A DNA stretch of 64,000 nt from Thermodesulfobacteriota bacterium (GCA_965208155.1 OZ242322.1:100305-164304), one strand, 5' to 3'. Numbered from the stretch's first letter, positions 10,374 through 21,839 are shown. Notes: generated by a model from the sequence alone, not told the origin. Translations and numbers: made by a program.

Positions 10374-11138
10374 CTAGTGAATCCTTTCGGTAAGAATTTC
10401 AGGACCGTTATCCGTAAGAGCCACAGTATGCTCAAAATGAGCGGAAAGTTTACCATCATAAGTAACCGCCGTCCACCCGTCTTCAAGTATCTTCGTTTTC
10501 TCCGACCCCTCGTTCACCATAGGTTCTATGGCCATGACAATCCCAGAACGAAGTCTTATTCCTCCTCCCTTACCACTCGGAGGAATAAAATTCGGCACTT
10601 GCGGTTCCTCATGGAGTTCCCTGCCTATTCCGTGGCCGACAAAATCTCTGACTATAGAAAAACCCTCTTTTTCAACATAGGTCTGTATCTCTTTTGATAT
10701 ATCCAGCACTCTGTTTGAACTTTTCACCATGTCTATGCCCCTGTAGAGGGAATCCCTGGTAACCCGAAGCAGTTTCTCGGCAACAGGCCGGATTCTACCA
10801 ACCGCGACCGTTATTGCCGAGTCGGCATAATAACCGTTTAGCAGTACTCCGAAATCTATTCCTACTATGTCTCCGTCCTTAAGCACCTTTTTCTTCGAGG
10901 GAATACCGTGAACTATCTCTTCGTTAAGGGCAAAGCACACCGACGCTGGATAATTCGCGTAACCCTTAAAAGCTGCCTTGAAGCCTCCTGTTGTGCATAT
11001 TCTTTCCGCAATCTCGTTAAGCTCCCAGGTGGTCACTCCTTCTTTTGCCTCTTCTTCAAGCCTCATAAGCACTTCGGAAACCACCCTGCCGGCATCCCTC
11101 ATACGTCTGATCTCTTCTCTGTTCTTCAAGCGAATCAT
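10374..11138 (-). CDS. map: Methionine aminopeptidase
   Basis: HGIP, DSAIT, GHGIG..HEEP, IEPMVN, SAHFEHT. Confidence 0.96.
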   Translation of the reverse strand: MIRLKNREEIRRMRDAGRVVSEVLMRLEEEAKEGVTTWELNEIAERICTTGGFKAAFKGYANYPASVCFALNEEIVHGIPSKKKVLKDGDIVGIDFGVLLNGYYADSAITVAVGRIRPVAEKLLRVTRDSLYRGIDMVKSSNRVLDISKEIQTYVEKEGFSIVRDFVGHGIGRELHEEPQVPNFIPPSGKGGGIRLRSGIVMAIEPMVNEGSEKTKILEDGWTAVTYDGKLSAHFEHTVALTDNGPEILTERIH

Positions 11139-11704
11139 TACTGCAGCTGCTTCAGCACACCATCTATTCTCTCGGCGATATCCGATATCTGTCCTACTCC
11201 CTCAACTGTGCGCAGAACGCCGGTCTTTTCGTAGAAATCCTTAAGAGGAGATGTCTGATCCTTGTAAACTCTAAGCCTGTTCCTTATCACATCCTCCGTG
11301 TCGTCCTGCCTGCCCTCTATTTTCTGACGTTTGGTTATTCGCTGCACAACCTCCTCGTCGGGAACCTCGAGGAAAACAACTGCGTCGATGCCAATTCCAG
11401 CATCGGCGAGAATACCGTCAAGAGATCTCGCCTGGTCCAGAGTCCTGGGAAAACCGTCAAGCATGAAGCCTCCCTCGCCAATCGCAGAGATTTTCTGCCT
11501 TATTATTTCCGTCACGACTTCATCAGGTACGAGCTCCCCCTTGTCCATAAACGACTTGGCGTAAAGCCCGACCTCGGTCTCATTTTTCATGGCTTCACGC
11601 AACACGTCCCCAGTCGATACATGCTCAACCTCATATCTTTCCCTTATGAAATCAGCCTGCGTTCCCTTTCCGGCCCCAGGCGGCCCAAACAGTATCAATC
11701 TCAT
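11138..11704 (-). CDS. adk: Adenylate kinase (short LID)
   Basis: GPPGAGKGTQA, LDGFPRT. Confidence 0.96.
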   Translation of the reverse strand: MRLILFGPPGAGKGTQADFIRERYEVEHVSTGDVLREAMKNETEVGLYAKSFMDKGELVPDEVVTEIIRQKISAIGEGGFMLDGFPRTLDQARSLDGILADAGIGIDAVVFLEVPDEEVVQRITKRQKIEGRQDDTEDVIRNRLRVYKDQTSPLKDFYEKTGVLRTVEGVGQISDIAERIDGVLKQLQ

Positions 11705-11727
11705 AGTCTTTGGTATTCTCCCTCGCG

Positions 11728-13056
11728 TCAGAATCTGTATCTCTGAGGTTCTTTCATTCCCCTTTTCTTCATAAACCCTTCATAACTGTGAGTTATCAGA
11801 AAAGATTCGATCTGTTGCATGAAATCAAGCGTTACCCCTATTACTATAAGAAGTGACACGCCTCCAAAGTAAAACGGCAGATTAAAAGGTTCTCTCTCAA
11901 GAAACGCCGGCAGCACGCAGACCGCTGCCACGTATATAGCCCCTATAAAAGTAATTTTTCCGAGCACATTGCCTATGTATTCCGATGTTTTTCTGCCCGG
12001 CCTTATTCCCGGTATGTTTCCGCCGTTTTTCCTAAGGTTATCCGACAGATCGTCCGGGTCGTATATTATTGAAGTATAGAAGAAAGCGAAAAATATTATG
12101 AGTACGGCAAAGATCAGGTTGTATACGAACACGTTTTGAAACACAAGGTCAGAGAAGGTGCGAAGAGCCGGAAAATCGGCAAACGTAACAATCGTAGCGG
12201 GAAAAATAAGTAGTGAAGAAGCGAAGATCGGAGGAATAACACCCGAAGGATTGGTTTTAAGAGGCAGATGGGAACTCTGTCCTCCCATCACTTTCCTCCC
12301 TACGACCCTTCTGGGATACTGAACCGGTATTTTCCGGTAGGAACGCTCAAAGTAGACTATAAGGCCCATAAGGAATGCCAGGAAAATAAAAATAAGCAAA
12401 ACCCCCAACACTGTAATCTCCCCAGTGCCGACGAGCCTTGAGAGATTCCAGAACGCCCCGGGAATACTGGCGATTATCGATGCGGCGATAAGAAGAGACA
12501 CCCCGTTTCCGATTCCGTTCTCTGTTATCTGTTCTCCAAGCCACATAACAAAAAGTCCGCCTGCGGTGAGTGTGAGAACTGCCGTAATCTTGAACATCAG
12601 ACCGGGGTCTGTAACGGCACTTGCGACAGTAGCCGCTCCTACTCCGCCGCGCTCAAGGGTAACCGCAAGCATAAAACCCTGAACGAGACATATAAGAACG
12701 GTGCCGTACCTTGTGTACTGATTTATTCTTCTCCTTCCGGCGTCGCCTTCTTTCTGCATTGCTTCAAGTGAAGGAAAGGCCTTTACCAGAAGCGACATGA
12801 TGATTGAGGCAGTAATGTAAGGCATAACTCCCAGGGCAAAAATCGACGCCTGCTCAAGCGCTCCCCCGGAGAACATGTTAAGTATGTCGAAGATCGTGCC
12901 GCGGGTCTGCTCGAACATCTTGGCAATCTGGTCCGGATCGATCCCCGGAATCGGGACGAAAACCCCCGCCCTGTAAACAACGAGCATTGCGGCTGTAAAA
13001 AGAAGCTTCCTGTTAAGCTCAGGAATCCTGGGAAGTGAAGCGACATTACTGCTCAT
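11728..13056 (-). CDS. secY: Preprotein translocase SecY
   Basis: SIFALGVMPYITASII, WLGEQIT, IPGIRPG. Confidence 0.97.
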   Translation of the reverse strand: MSSNVASLPRIPELNRKLLFTAAMLVVYRAGVFVPIPGIDPDQIAKMFEQTRGTIFDILNMFSGGALEQASIFALGVMPYITASIIMSLLVKAFPSLEAMQKEGDAGRRRINQYTRYGTVLICLVQGFMLAVTLERGGVGAATVASAVTDPGLMFKITAVLTLTAGGLFVMWLGEQITENGIGNGVSLLIAASIIASIPGAFWNLSRLVGTGEITVLGVLLIFIFLAFLMGLIVYFERSYRKIPVQYPRRVVGRKVMGGQSSHLPLKTNPSGVIPPIFASSLLIFPATIVTFADFPALRTFSDLVFQNVFVYNLIFAVLIIFFAFFYTSIIYDPDDLSDNLRKNGGNIPGIRPGRKTSEYIGNVLGKITFIGAIYVAAVCVLPAFLEREPFNLPFYFGGVSLLIVIGVTLDFMQQIESFLITHSYEGFMKKRGMKEPQRYRF

Positions 13057-13484
13057 ACTATTTCCACTTTTCCTCCCGCGTCGTTTATCTTGCGCGCGGC
13101 CGCCTCACTGCAGGCGTTAACAGTTATGGAAAGAGCCGAGGCAATCTCACCGGTAGCCAGAAGTTTTACGGGTTTTTTGCCGCTTACCATTCCCGCCTCT
13201 ACAAGCGTCTGGATCGTTACAGACCCTGCATCCGCAAAACGCTCAAGATCCTTCAAGCTAATTATGTCGTACTGTTTTTTGAATATGTTTGTAAAGCCCC
13301 TTTTCGGGCTCCTCATTTTAAGTGGGGTCTGACCCCCCTCAAACCACCTAGATACCCCTCTGCCCGACCGGGATCCCTGGCCCTTGTGTCCTCTCCCGCT
13401 GGTTTTCCCCTGGGAACCCGCACCTCTTCCTACCCTTTTTCTTTTTGTTTTAGATCCCTTAACCGGTGAAAGTTCGTTTAACAT
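13053..13484 (-). CDS. rplO: 50S ribosomal protein L15
   Basis: RVGRG..GKTSGRGHKGQGSR, FEGGQTPL. Confidence 0.96.
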   Translation of the reverse strand: MLNELSPVKGSKTKRKRVGRGAGSQGKTSGRGHKGQGSRSGRGVSRWFEGGQTPLKMRSPKRGFTNIFKKQYDIISLKDLERFADAGSVTIQTLVEAGMVSGKKPVKLLATGEIASALSITVNACSEAAARKINDAGGKVEIV

Positions 13485-13516
13485 TTCCTTTTGCACTCCG
13501 TTTCTAAGCATGCGTC

Positions 13517-14047
13517 CTACTGCGCCGCACCATAGTAATTAGGAAGATCGAGGTCCTTTATCTCCTTGTTCCTCGTTTTTGCAATTTCTTCGGGAACCTG
13601 CAGTTCCGAGAGCCCCTTTATAACTGCCATAACAACATTAAGCGGGTTCCTTGATCCGACAACTTTAGAGAGAACATCGTGTATGCCGGCGAGTTCTACC
13701 ACCGCACGCACCGCGCCACCCGCTATAACACCCGTACCTGGAGAAGCGGGCAGGAGCATAATCTTGCTTGACACATATTCCGTGTGAATTCCGTGCGGTA
13801 TGGTGGCACCATTGCGTGGCACTCTTATGAGAGTTTTTTTTGCTTTTTCAACCGCCTTTCTTACGGCATCAGGAACCTCATTCGATTTTCCCAAGCCGGC
13901 TCCCACAATCCCGTTGGAGTTTCCGACCACGGCAAGAACGGTAAAGTGGAACCTCTTGCCACCCTTGGTCACCTTAGCGACTCTCCTTATGTGAACCACT
14001 TTTTCTTGTAATTCAAGTTCCGCCGGATTTATTCTCTCATCTGCCAA
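13517..14047 (-). CDS. rpsE: 30S ribosomal protein S5 (probable TTG start)
   Basis: RRVAKVTKGGKRF, PGTGVIAGG; GGAGG 8 nt upstream of TTG. Confidence 0.95.
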   Translation of the reverse strand: MADERINPAELELQEKVVHIRRVAKVTKGGKRFHFTVLAVVGNSNGIVGAGLGKSNEVPDAVRKAVEKAKKTLIRVPRNGATIPHGIHTEYVSSKIMLLPASPGTGVIAGGAVRAVVELAGIHDVLSKVVGSRNPLNVVMAVIKGLSELQVPEEIAKTRNKEIKDLDLPNYYGAAQ

Positions 14048-14072
14048 AACCAAAGCCTCCTTTAATTTTCTC

Positions 14073-14447
14073 CTAAAACTCCACTCCCGCCTCGCGGATC
14101 CCGTCGGCAAGTGACTTTATCCTTCCGTGGTATGCGTAACCCCCTCTGTCGAAACGCACCCTGGTTATACCCTTCTGAACAGCCATTTCCCCGAGATGCT
14201 TTCCAACCTCTTTGGCAACCTCGGTTTTCTTCATGTTCTCCACAGTCAGCCTCTTTTTCGTCTCAGAAAACATCGTTGACGCCTGAAGAAGGGTGACTTC
14301 TGCGGTATCATCTATCAGCTGGGCGTATATATGTCTTGCCGAACGGAAGATGGAAACCCTGGGAATCTCCGCGGTGCCGCTTATCTTTTTCCTCACAGCA
14401 AGGTGTCTTCTTTTACGCATCAGATTTTTGCTTTTCTTCTTTATCAT
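14073..14447 (-). CDS. rplR: 50S ribosomal protein L18
   Basis: RSARHIYAQLIDD, FDRGGYAYHGRI. Confidence 0.97.
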   Translation of the reverse strand: MIKKKSKNLMRKRRHLAVRKKISGTAEIPRVSIFRSARHIYAQLIDDTAEVTLLQASTMFSETKKRLTVENMKKTEVAKEVGKHLGEMAVQKGITRVRFDRGGYAYHGRIKSLADGIREAGVEF

Positions 14448-14995
14448 TACTTAGCCGCTCCAGCTTTTCCGGGTTTAAGCTTTAACCTCTCGCCTTCGTA
14501 ACGAACACCCTTGCCCTTATAGGAATCAGGTGGTCTTATCTTTCTTATGCGTGCCGCGGTCTCTCCCACGAGCTGCTTGTCAGTTCCGTGAAGTGAAAGC
14601 AGAGTGCCCCGTTCCTCCACAGCAGCCTCTACACCCTGTGGAAGAGCAAAATCAACAGGATGGGAGTAACCGAGTGAAAGTCTGAGTTCGGCTTTTCCCA
14701 CGAGATCTGCCTTGTAACCCGTGCCGGTTATACGAAGCACCTTGGTAAATCCTTCACTCACCCCTATTACTGAGTTGTTAATAAGGCTTCGCGTAAGACC
14801 GTGAAAAGACTTTATTCTTTTCTCCTCGCTTTGCCTGGAAACAATCACGGTTCCGTCCTCAAGTACGGCTTTTATTCCTTCGGGTACAGAAACCTCAAGG
14901 CTTCCCTTCGGCCCCTTGATTTCGATAGCTCCCTGTTTGGGTGTCGCCGTTACCCCGTCGGGAATAACCACTGGTTTTGTTCCTATTTTTGACAT
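14447..14995 (-). CDS. rplF: 50S ribosomal protein L6
   Basis: LGYSHP, RPPDSYKGKGVRY. Confidence 0.97.
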   Translation of the reverse strand: MSKIGTKPVVIPDGVTATPKQGAIEIKGPKGSLEVSVPEGIKAVLEDGTVIVSRQSEEKRIKSFHGLTRSLINNSVIGVSEGFTKVLRITGTGYKADLVGKAELRLSLGYSHPVDFALPQGVEAAVEERGTLLSLHGTDKQLVGETAARIRKIRPPDSYKGKGVRYEGERLKLKPGKAGAAK

Positions 14996-15005
14996 TCGCC
15001 TGTCC

Positions 15006-15398
15006 TCAGATCACCGTGCAGAGAATCTCCCCGCCTATCTTTTTGCTCCTTGCAGCAACCCCTGTCATTATTCCGTTTGAAGTAGAAAGTATTGAAATCC
15101 CCATTCCGCCTCTGACTCTGGGAATATTATCTTTGTCCACGTAAACCCTTCTTGACGGCTTGCTTATTCTTTTTATCTCATCTATGGCCGCCTTGCCGTC
15201 AGGACTGTACTTTAACTTGACAATTATGGTTTTCTTTACCCCTTCTTCAGTAATTTTGTAACTCTCCACGTAGCCTTCCTCAGCAAGAACCCTGGCAATC
15301 TCGCCTTTTATAATCGAACCGGGAATCTCGACACGGCTGTGACCCACCATGAAGGCGTTCCTTATTCTGGTTAGCATATCTGCAATCGGATCCGTCAT
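15006..15398 (-). CDS. rpsH: 30S ribosomal protein S8
   Basis: MTDPIADMLTRIRNA, ISKPSRRVY. Confidence 0.98.
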   Translation of the reverse strand: MTDPIADMLTRIRNAFMVGHSRVEIPGSIIKGEIARVLAEEGYVESYKITEEGVKKTIIVKLKYSPDGKAAIDEIKRISKPSRRVYVDKDNIPRVRGGMGISILSTSNGIMTGVAARSKKIGGEILCTVI

Positions 15399-15418
15399 TT
15401 TCTCTCCAACATGTCTTC

Positions 15419-15604
15419 TTAAAAACTCGCCTTTCTGACGCCCGGAAGATGTCCCCTGCTAGCAAGAGACCTGAAACAGACCCTGCAGATACCGAATTTT
15501 CTCATAAAACCTCTCGGCCTTCCGCAAAGTCCGCAACGGTTAACCGCACGCACACGAAACTTCGGCTTTCTCTTCGATTTCTCAAGTAATGCTTTTCTGG
15601 CCAT
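15419..15604 (-). CDS. rpsN: 30S ribosomal protein S14, short Zn-binding type
   Basis: 61 aa; [10 protein letters not shown]...ICRVCFR. Confidence 0.96.
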   Translation of the reverse strand: MARKALLEKSKRKPKFRVRAVNRCGLCGRPRGFMRKFGICRVCFRSLASRGHLPGVRKASF

Positions 15605-15616
15605 AGTTCCTCCCTT

Positions 15617-16171
15617 TTAATTTGTCGCAAACGGCACTCCGAGACCAACGAGAAGCTCCATGGCCTCAGCATCGGTTTTTGAAGTGGTAATCAGGCTAAT
15701 ATTCATTCCCTTGTTATACTGAACCTTGCTGTAATCTATTTCAGGAAAAACCAGATGCTCCCTTATTCCCATAGTATAGTTGCCGGAACCGTCAAAAGCC
15801 CGCGGCGACAAGCCCTTAAAATCTCTGACTCTCGGAAGGGCGAGGTTCACCAAACGGTCGAAAAACTCATACATTCTCTCCCCTCGGAGGGTAACCATGC
15901 AGCCTATCGGCTGGCCTTCCCTGAGTTTGAAACCCGCAACTGACTTGCGCGCCTTAGTAATCACTGGCTTTTGTCCCGTTATATCCGCAAGATCCGAGAC
16001 GGCCTCATCTATTACCTTTGTCTGCCTCCCGGCTTCACTAAGCCTCCCAAGCCCCATGTTCACTACGATTTTCTCAAGCTTCGGAACCTGCATAGTGTTT
16101 CCGTAGGAAAACTTTTCAACCAATGCAGGTACGACCTCGCGCATATACAGAGTTTTTATTCTCGGAACCAT
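15617..16171 (-). CDS. rplE: 50S ribosomal protein L5
   Basis: [22 protein letters not shown]. Confidence 0.97.
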   Translation of the reverse strand: MVPRIKTLYMREVVPALVEKFSYGNTMQVPKLEKIVVNMGLGRLSEAGRQTKVIDEAVSDLADITGQKPVITKARKSVAGFKLREGQPIGCMVTLRGERMYEFFDRLVNLALPRVRDFKGLSPRAFDGSGNYTMGIREHLVFPEIDYSKVQYNKGMNISLITTSKTDAEAMELLVGLGVPFATN

Positions 16172-16175
16172 TTTC

Positions 16176-16505
16176 TCAGATTTCCTTTCCAGTCCTTCTG
16201 TTGTACCTTACTTTTTTGCCGTCCTCGCCGGTTCTGTACCCAACTTTTGCCGGCTGATTGTCCTCAGAATCGTACAGCATCAGATTTGAGACATGGATTC
16301 CGGCCTCTTTCTCGATGATGCCACCAGCGGGGTTTTTCTGGGTAGGACGGCTGTGTCTCTTTATGATATTGAGCTTTTCCACAAAGGCTTTTTCAACGTT
16401 TCTGTCAATTCTCAGCACCTTGCCGGTCTTGCCTTTCTCCTTGCCCGCAACCACGTAGACCGTATCCCCGGCCCTTATGTGAAGTTTTCTCTTTCCAGCG
16501 GACAT
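16176..16505 (-). CDS. rplX: 50S ribosomal protein L24
   Basis: [23 protein letters not shown]. Confidence 0.96.
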   Translation of the reverse strand: MSAGKRKLHIRAGDTVYVVAGKEKGKTGKVLRIDRNVEKAFVEKLNIIKRHSRPTQKNPAGGIIEKEAGIHVSNLMLYDSEDNQPAKVGYRTGEDGKKVRYNRRTGKEI

Positions 16506-16507
16506 GT

Positions 16508-16876
16508 TCAAACAACCTCCGGAGCAAGCGAGATAATCCTCATAAAACCCTTGAGTCTCAGTTCACGCGCGATCGGCCCGAAAACCCTCGTACCTATCGG
16601 TTCGTTCTCTTTGTCTATTATAACGGCGGCATTGTTATCAAAACGCACATATGTACCATCCGGCCTTCTCTGTTCCTTCCTCACCCTGACTATCACGGCT
16701 TTGTACACAGAACCTTTCTCCACCTTGGACTTCGGAATGGCCTGCTTGACCGAAACCACAACAACATCTCCCAGCCGCGCATATTTTCTTCCGGAACCTC
16801 CCAAGACCTTTATGCAGAAAAGTCTTTTGGCCCCCGTGTTATCCGCCGAGTCCAGATATGTGCTTGACTGAATCAT
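16508..16876 (-). CDS. rplN: 50S ribosomal protein L14
   Basis: [27 protein letters not shown]. Confidence 0.98.
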   Translation of the reverse strand: MIQSSTYLDSADNTGAKRLFCIKVLGGSGRKYARLGDVVVVSVKQAIPKSKVEKGSVYKAVIVRVRKEQRRPDGTYVRFDNNAAVIIDKENEPIGTRVFGPIARELRLKGFMRIISLAPEVV

Positions 16877-16907
16877 TTTTTTCTCCCGTAGTCCGAAAAA
16901 CCACGCC

Positions 16908-17168
16908 TTACGCGCTTGCGGCCTGATTGACCACTTTGCTTAGCCTCCACCTTTTGGTTTTACTGTGGGGCCTTGACTCTATTATCACTACCTTGTCTCC
17001 CATGCTGCACTCGTTGCGCTCATCATGGACCTTGAATCGCTTGCTGATTCTTATTTGCTTTTTATACCGACCGTGACTCTTGATCCGCTGCACTTCCACG
17101 ACCGCGGTCTTGTCCATCTTGTTGCCTACCACAATTCCCGTTCTGGTCTTTAACTTTCCTCTTTCCAT
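16908..17168 (-). CDS. rpsQ: 30S ribosomal protein S17
   Basis: [19 protein letters not shown]. Confidence 0.97.
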   Translation of the reverse strand: MERGKLKTRTGIVVGNKMDKTAVVEVQRIKSHGRYKKQIRISKRFKVHDERNECSMGDKVVIIESRPHSKTKRWRLSKVVNQAASA

Positions 17169-17172
17169 GGAA

Positions 17173-17379
17173 TTAACTCCCCGAGGCCATATCTCGCTGT
17201 TTTTTTATGGTAAGTATCCTAGCAATCTCCCTTCTCAACTGCTTTACCCTTGCATTGTTGGAGTTCTGTCCAGTGGCAACCTGTATTCTGATGTTGAAAA
17301 ACTCTTCGTTCGCGTCACGATGGCGCTTGTCCAGCTCCTCGGGCGTGAGATTTCTCAGTTCTTCCGCGTTCGTTGCCAT
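17173..17379 (-). CDS. rpmC: 50S ribosomal protein L29
   Basis: ELRNLT...RREIARILT; operon position. Confidence 0.95.
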   Translation of the reverse strand: MATNAEELRNLTPEELDKRHRDANEEFFNIRIQVATGQNSNNARVKQLRREIARILTIKKQRDMASGS

Positions 17380-17801
17380 CAGACAATATCCTCCTCGCTT
17401 CTGACCACTATCCTGGTTCTAAGAGGAAGTTTATAGGAAGCAAGTCTTAAGGCCGAACGCGCAAGTTCTTCGCTTACTCCTGATATTTCGTAAAGAAACT
17501 GTCCTCTTTTTACTGGCGCCACGTACTTGTCGACATCCCCTTTACCCTTTCCCATCCTGGTCTCCGCAGGCTTCTTGGTAACGGGTTTATAGGGAAATAT
17601 CCTTATCCAGAGATTCGCTCCCCTTCTCACGTGTCTTGTGATCGCAATACGGGCGGCCTCTATCTGCCTTGAGGTAATCGCTCCGTTCTCCAAGGTCTGA
17701 AGCGCAAGATCGCCGAAGGCGAATGTCGTTCCCCGGGTCGCAGCTCCTCTGTTTCTTCCCTTGAACTGCTTTCTGTACTTTGTCTTCCTAGGCTGAAGCA
17801 T
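17379..17801 (-). CDS. rplP: 50S ribosomal protein L16
   Basis: [23 protein letters not shown]. Confidence 0.98.
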   Translation of the reverse strand: MLQPRKTKYRKQFKGRNRGAATRGTTFAFGDLALQTLENGAITSRQIEAARIAITRHVRRGANLWIRIFPYKPVTKKPAETRMGKGKGDVDKYVAPVKRGQFLYEISGVSEELARSALRLASYKLPLRTRIVVRSEEDIV

Positions 17802-18480
17802 CGGTATCTACACTCTCAGGAACTTCGCCTGCTCTCCCTTTAGTTTTTTTCTGTATTATCTCGCCTTTGAATATCCATACCTTTACGCCTATAACTCCGT
17901 AGGTAGTTGACGCTTCGGCAACCCCGTAGTCAAGGTCAGCACGGAGCGTACCGAGAGGCACCCTTCCCTCCCTGTACCACTCCCTTCTAGCTATTTCGGC
18001 TCCGCCGAGACGCCCGGCAACCATAACTTTTATTCCAAGAACCCCGGCCCGGATAGAGGATGAAAGCACTCTTTTCATGGCCCTTCTGTATGCAACCCTT
18101 CTTTCAAGCTGAAGGGCAAGGTTCTCGGCAACAAGCTGCGCATCGGTTTCAGGTCTCTTCACTTCCCTTATGTCAAGAAATATGCCTTTTCCGGTCATCC
18201 TCTGAAGTTTTTTCTTGAGCTGCTCTATTTCCTGACCCTTTCTTCCTATGATGATCCCGGGCCTTGCGGCATACACCAGAATCCTGACCTTATCCGCCGC
18301 GGCCCTTTCAATCTCAATGCTCGAGATGGCCGCCTGGTAAAAGGTCTTCTTCACGTAGTTACGGATGTCTATATCCTCTTTGAGCAGGGATCTGTACATC
18401 TGTTTTTCAGCAAACCACTTGGAATCCCATGACTTGGTTATTCCAATACGAAGTCCTATAGGATTAATTTTCTGTCCCAA
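17788..18480 (-). CDS. rpsC: 30S ribosomal protein S3 (probable TTG start)
   Basis: [28 protein letters not shown]. Confidence 0.97.
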   Translation of the reverse strand: MGQKINPIGLRIGITKSWDSKWFAEKQMYRSLLKEDIDIRNYVKKTFYQAAISSIEIERAAADKVRILVYAARPGIIIGRKGQEIEQLKKKLQRMTGKGIFLDIREVKRPETDAQLVAENLALQLERRVAYRRAMKRVLSSSIRAGVLGIKVMVAGRLGGAEIARREWYREGRVPLGTLRADLDYGVAEASTTYGVIGVKVWIFKGEIIQKKTKGRAGEVPESVDTDASA

Positions 18481-18481
18481 T

Positions 18482-18820
18482 TCAGAATCCCCTCTGTTCA
18501 AGTACTATCGTTATATGACTCATCCTGGTCTTACGGGCAAAGGCCCTTCCCATCGCCCTGGCCCTAAAACGCTTGAGCGTAGGACCTTGCGTCGCGTAGA
18601 CTTCCTTTATGTAAAGGGAGTCAATGTCGCTGTATCCTTTCTCGGAGGCGTTGGCCACAGCCGATTTAAGCAGCTTAGAGAGCAGCGGCGAAACCCTCCT
18701 GCGGGCGGAAAGCAGAATCGAGGAAGCTTCCTCGACGCTTTTTCCCCTTATGAGGTCAAGAACCACCCTGGCTTTCTTGGGCGACACCCTGGCGTACTTA
18801 TGCACTGCTTTAGAAACCAT
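18482..18820 (-). CDS. rplV: 50S ribosomal protein L22
   Basis: [22 protein letters not shown]. Confidence 0.97.
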   Translation of the reverse strand: MVSKAVHKYARVSPKKARVVLDLIRGKSVEEASSILLSARRRVSPLLSKLLKSAVANASEKGYSDIDSLYIKEVYATQGPTLKRFRARAMGRAFARKTRMSHITIVLEQRGF

Positions 18821-18840
18821 ATGCTATCTCTCTATCGTTA

Positions 18841-19119
18841 CTATCTTTTCCTGGCCTTTCTATCTCCCGCATGACCATGGTAGGTCCTCGTGGGAGAAAA
18901 CTCGCCCAGTTTATGTCCAACCATCTGTTCGGATACGAACACGGGAATAAACCTTGTTCCGTTGTGAACCGCAAAAGTCATTCCTATCATCTCAGGTATT
19001 ATCATTGAAGCTCTTGACCAGGTCCTGATGATTTTCTGACTCCCGGAACTCTGTGCCTGCTCAACCTTCTTCATAAGCTTTTCGTGCACGTACAGTCCCT
19101 TTTTACTTGATCTTGCCAT
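18841..19119 (-). CDS. rpsS: 30S ribosomal protein S19
   Basis: [19 protein letters not shown]. Confidence 0.98.
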   Translation of the reverse strand: MARSSKKGLYVHEKLMKKVEQAQSSGSQKIIRTWSRASMIIPEMIGMTFAVHNGTRFIPVFVSEQMVGHKLGEFSPTRTYHGHAGDRKARKR

Positions 19120-19134
19120 CTGAAGCTCCCGCGA

Positions 19135-19977
19135 TTAATCCATTCCGTAGCCGACCCTTCTCGGCTTAACTATATATTTGTCCATTCTCTTGTTGTTTCT
19201 CGTCTTTTTCCCTATCGTAATCCATCCCCAGGGAGAAACAGGATGAGGGTTTCCCTTGGCCGCCTTGCCTTCTCCTCCGCCATGGGGATGATCAACTGGA
19301 TTCATCGCCACCCCGCGAACCGTGGGTCTTATACCCTTGTGACGGGATCTCCCTGCCTTCCCCCAGACTATAAGCTCGTTCTCGGCGTTGCCGATCCTTC
19401 CCACGGTAGCCATGCACCGAAGATGAATCAGCCTTATCTCGCCGGAAGCGAGTTTTATCTGGGCGTAGTTACCGTCTTTTGCGACAATCTGTGCTGCCGA
19501 GCCTGCGGAACGAACCAGCTTTCCTCCACCTCCGGGCCTCATCTCTATGTTGTGAACAACCGTACCCACGGGAATATTCTCTATGGGAAGAGCATTTCCG
19601 GCTGAAACTTCCACCCCGGGTCCGGAATTTAGTTCATCACCCACCTTAAGGCCGGCAGGGGCTATAATGTATCTTTTTTCACCGTCAGCATAGGACAGAA
19701 GAGCGATTCTAGCCGAGCGATACGGATCATATTCCAGCGAAATAACTCTGGCGGGTATGCCGTGTTTGTTCCTTTTGAAATCTATTACCCTGTAGCGTCT
19801 CTTGTGACCGCCGCCTTTTCTGAAGCTGGTAATCCTTCCATTCGAGTTGCGTCCTGAGTTCTTTTTAAGAGAAACCGTAAGGGACTTGTGGGGCTTTTTT
19901 GAGGTTACCTCCTCAAAATCAAACCCGGACATGAACCTTCTTCCCGGAGACGTGGGGTTGTATTTTTTCACTCCCAT
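19135..19977 (-). CDS. rplB: 50S ribosomal protein L2
   Basis: [30 protein letters not shown]. Confidence 0.98.
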   Translation of the reverse strand: MGVKKYNPTSPGRRFMSGFDFEEVTSKKPHKSLTVSLKKNSGRNSNGRITSFRKGGGHKRRYRVIDFKRNKHGIPARVISLEYDPYRSARIALLSYADGEKRYIIAPAGLKVGDELNSGPGVEVSAGNALPIENIPVGTVVHNIEMRPGGGGKLVRSAGSAAQIVAKDGNYAQIKLASGEIRLIHLRCMATVGRIGNAENELIVWGKAGRSRHKGIRPTVRGVAMNPVDHPHGGGEGKAAKGNPHPVSPWGWITIGKKTRNNKRMDKYIVKPRRVGYGMD

Positions 19978-19979
19978 GA

Positions 19980-20267
19980 TCAAACTCCCTCAAACAGGTT
20001 GATTTCTCCTTCTCTGAGCTTAATGTAAGCCTTTTTAACCGCTGACCTCTTTCCTACAACCCTGCCGAATCTTTTCACTCTTTTTCCAGGAAGCACAAGA
20101 GTTCTCACCTTGTCCACCTTGACGCCGAAAATCTTCTCGACGGAATCCTGTATCTCTTTTTTGTTGCATCTTCTATCAACGGAAAAAACATACCAGCCGT
20201 CTTCCCTGGCTTCTGTGCTTTTCTCGGTAATCACGGGAAGCTTTATGATCGAACGGGGATCTTTCAT
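19980..20267 (-). CDS. rplW: 50S ribosomal protein L23
   Basis: PVITEKS, KKAYIKL. Confidence 0.96.
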   Translation of the reverse strand: MKDPRSIIKLPVITEKSTEAREDGWYVFSVDRRCNKKEIQDSVEKIFGVKVDKVRTLVLPGKRVKRFGRVVGKRSAVKKAYIKLREGEINLFEGV

Positions 20268-20884
20268 GACAGTCTCTCCTGGATTTTTTCAACCGAATCC
20301 CGCACCATGACTATCTTCTTGTGCCTTAGAAGATCGTATACGTTAAGCCCATCATCCCTGAGCACCTTTACGTAAGGTATGTTCCTTGCCGACTTGCGAA
20401 GATTCTCGTTATCCGAACTGACAACCACAAGAGCCTGGGAGAACTCAAAATCCTTCATGAATTTCGCCACCTGCCTGGTTTTTATCTCCGGAAGCTCAAA
20501 ACTGTCGAGCACGACTATCGCACCTTCGCCGAAACGGCTTGATAGAGCGGAAAGAAGAGCCCCTTTTCTCACTTTTTTCGGAATCGAGTAAGACCAGTCT
20601 TTCGGTCTCGGTCCAAAAACCACTCCACCCTTGCGCCAGATCGGGGAACGCCTGGATCCCGCCCTTGCGCGACCTGTGTGTTTCTGTTTCCATGGCTTTG
20701 CTCCCCCGCCTCGGACTTCACCTCTTGTCTTGGTAGAGGAGTTCCCGGCCCTTTTTTTGGCAAGCTGCCAGTTGACTACTTCATGGAGCAAGTGCTTTTT
20801 CACCGGAGCTTCAAATATTTCGGAGCGGAGTTCCATTGTCCCCACCTTCTTCCCGGCGAGGTCGTATACGTCAACTTGAAGCAT
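20264..20884 (-). CDS. rplD: 50S ribosomal protein L4
   Basis: KTRGEVRGGGAKPWKQKHTGRARAGS. Confidence 0.97.
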   Translation of the reverse strand: MLQVDVYDLAGKKVGTMELRSEIFEAPVKKHLLHEVVNWQLAKKRAGNSSTKTRGEVRGGGAKPWKQKHTGRARAGSRRSPIWRKGGVVFGPRPKDWSYSIPKKVRKGALLSALSSRFGEGAIVVLDSFELPEIKTRQVAKFMKDFEFSQALVVVSSDNENLRKSARNIPYVKVLRDDGLNVYDLLRHKKIVMVRDSVEKIQERLS

Positions 20885-21515
20885 CTTTCGCCCCCTTTGA
20901 CGTGTGCTGGAGAACAACCGTCCCCCCCACCGGGCCCGGAACCGACCCCTTTACGAAAAGAAGATTTTTCTCGACATCTATATCAACCACCTTGACGCCC
21001 TGAACCGTTACGTTCTTTCCACCCATTCGCCCCGGCATTTTAATGCCTTTCCACACCTTGGCCGGAGATGACGCCTGTCCTATGGAACCGGGTCTTCTGT
21101 GGGCCATGCCGCCGTGGGACATCGGCTGCCTTGAGAAATTGTAACGTTTTATGGTTCCGGCGAATCCTTTTCCCTTGCTTTTAGCTGTGACGTCCAGAAC
21201 ATCTCCAACCTTGAAAATGTCAACTTTCACCTCATCTCCCACCTCATAGTCATCAGCTGTGGCGGAAAATTCTTTAAGCTTCGCGGCAGGGTTCACTCCG
21301 GCTTTTGTGAAATGTCCCTTCATTGGGCGCGTGAGCCGCTGGGGTTTTACATCCCCAAAACCGAGCTGAAGGGCATCGTAGCCGTCTGAGTCCTTGGTTT
21401 TTTTCGAAACCACAAAGCACGGACCCGCTTCAACCACGGTAGTGACGACCTTCACCATATCGTCGTTGAAAAACTCGGTCATCCCTCTTTTTCTTCCTAT
21501 AAGCCCTTGGATCAT
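20871..21515 (-). CDS. rplC: 50S ribosomal protein L3
   Basis: [24 protein letters not shown]. Confidence 0.97.
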   Translation of the reverse strand: MIQGLIGRKRGMTEFFNDDMVKVVTTVVEAGPCFVVSKKTKDSDGYDALQLGFGDVKPQRLTRPMKGHFTKAGVNPAAKLKEFSATADDYEVGDEVKVDIFKVGDVLDVTAKSKGKGFAGTIKRYNFSRQPMSHGGMAHRRPGSIGQASSPAKVWKGIKMPGRMGGKNVTVQGVKVVDIDVEKNLLFVKGSVPGPVGGTVVLQHTSKGAKDASS

Positions 21516-21518
21516 TTT

Positions 21519-21839
21519 TTACGAACCCGTCAGTTTTATCTCCACTTCCACACCCGAAGCAAGGTTCAGTTTCATAAGTTCATCTATTGTCTGCTGGGTA
21601 GGTTCAAGTATGTCTACAAGCCTTTTGTGCGTTCTTATCTCGAAATGCTCTCTTGAATTCTTGTTCACGTGAGGACCGCGCAGAACGCAGTACCTGTTTA
21701 TACTGGTAGGAAGCGGAACCGGACCCGCTATTCTCGCGCCGGTTCTCTTGGCAGTATCAACGATTTCCTCCGTTGAATTATCAAGGAGCCTGTAGTCAAA
21801 AGACTTAAGCTTTATTCTTATTTTCGAAGCTTTGCTCAT
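21519..21839 (-). CDS. rpsJ: 30S ribosomal protein S10
   Basis: [25 protein letters not shown]. Confidence 0.98.
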   Translation of the reverse strand: MSKASKIRIKLKSFDYRLLDNSTEEIVDTAKRTGARIAGPVPLPTSINRYCVLRGPHVNKNSREHFEIRTHKRLVDILEPTQQTIDELMKLNLASGVEVEIKLTGS

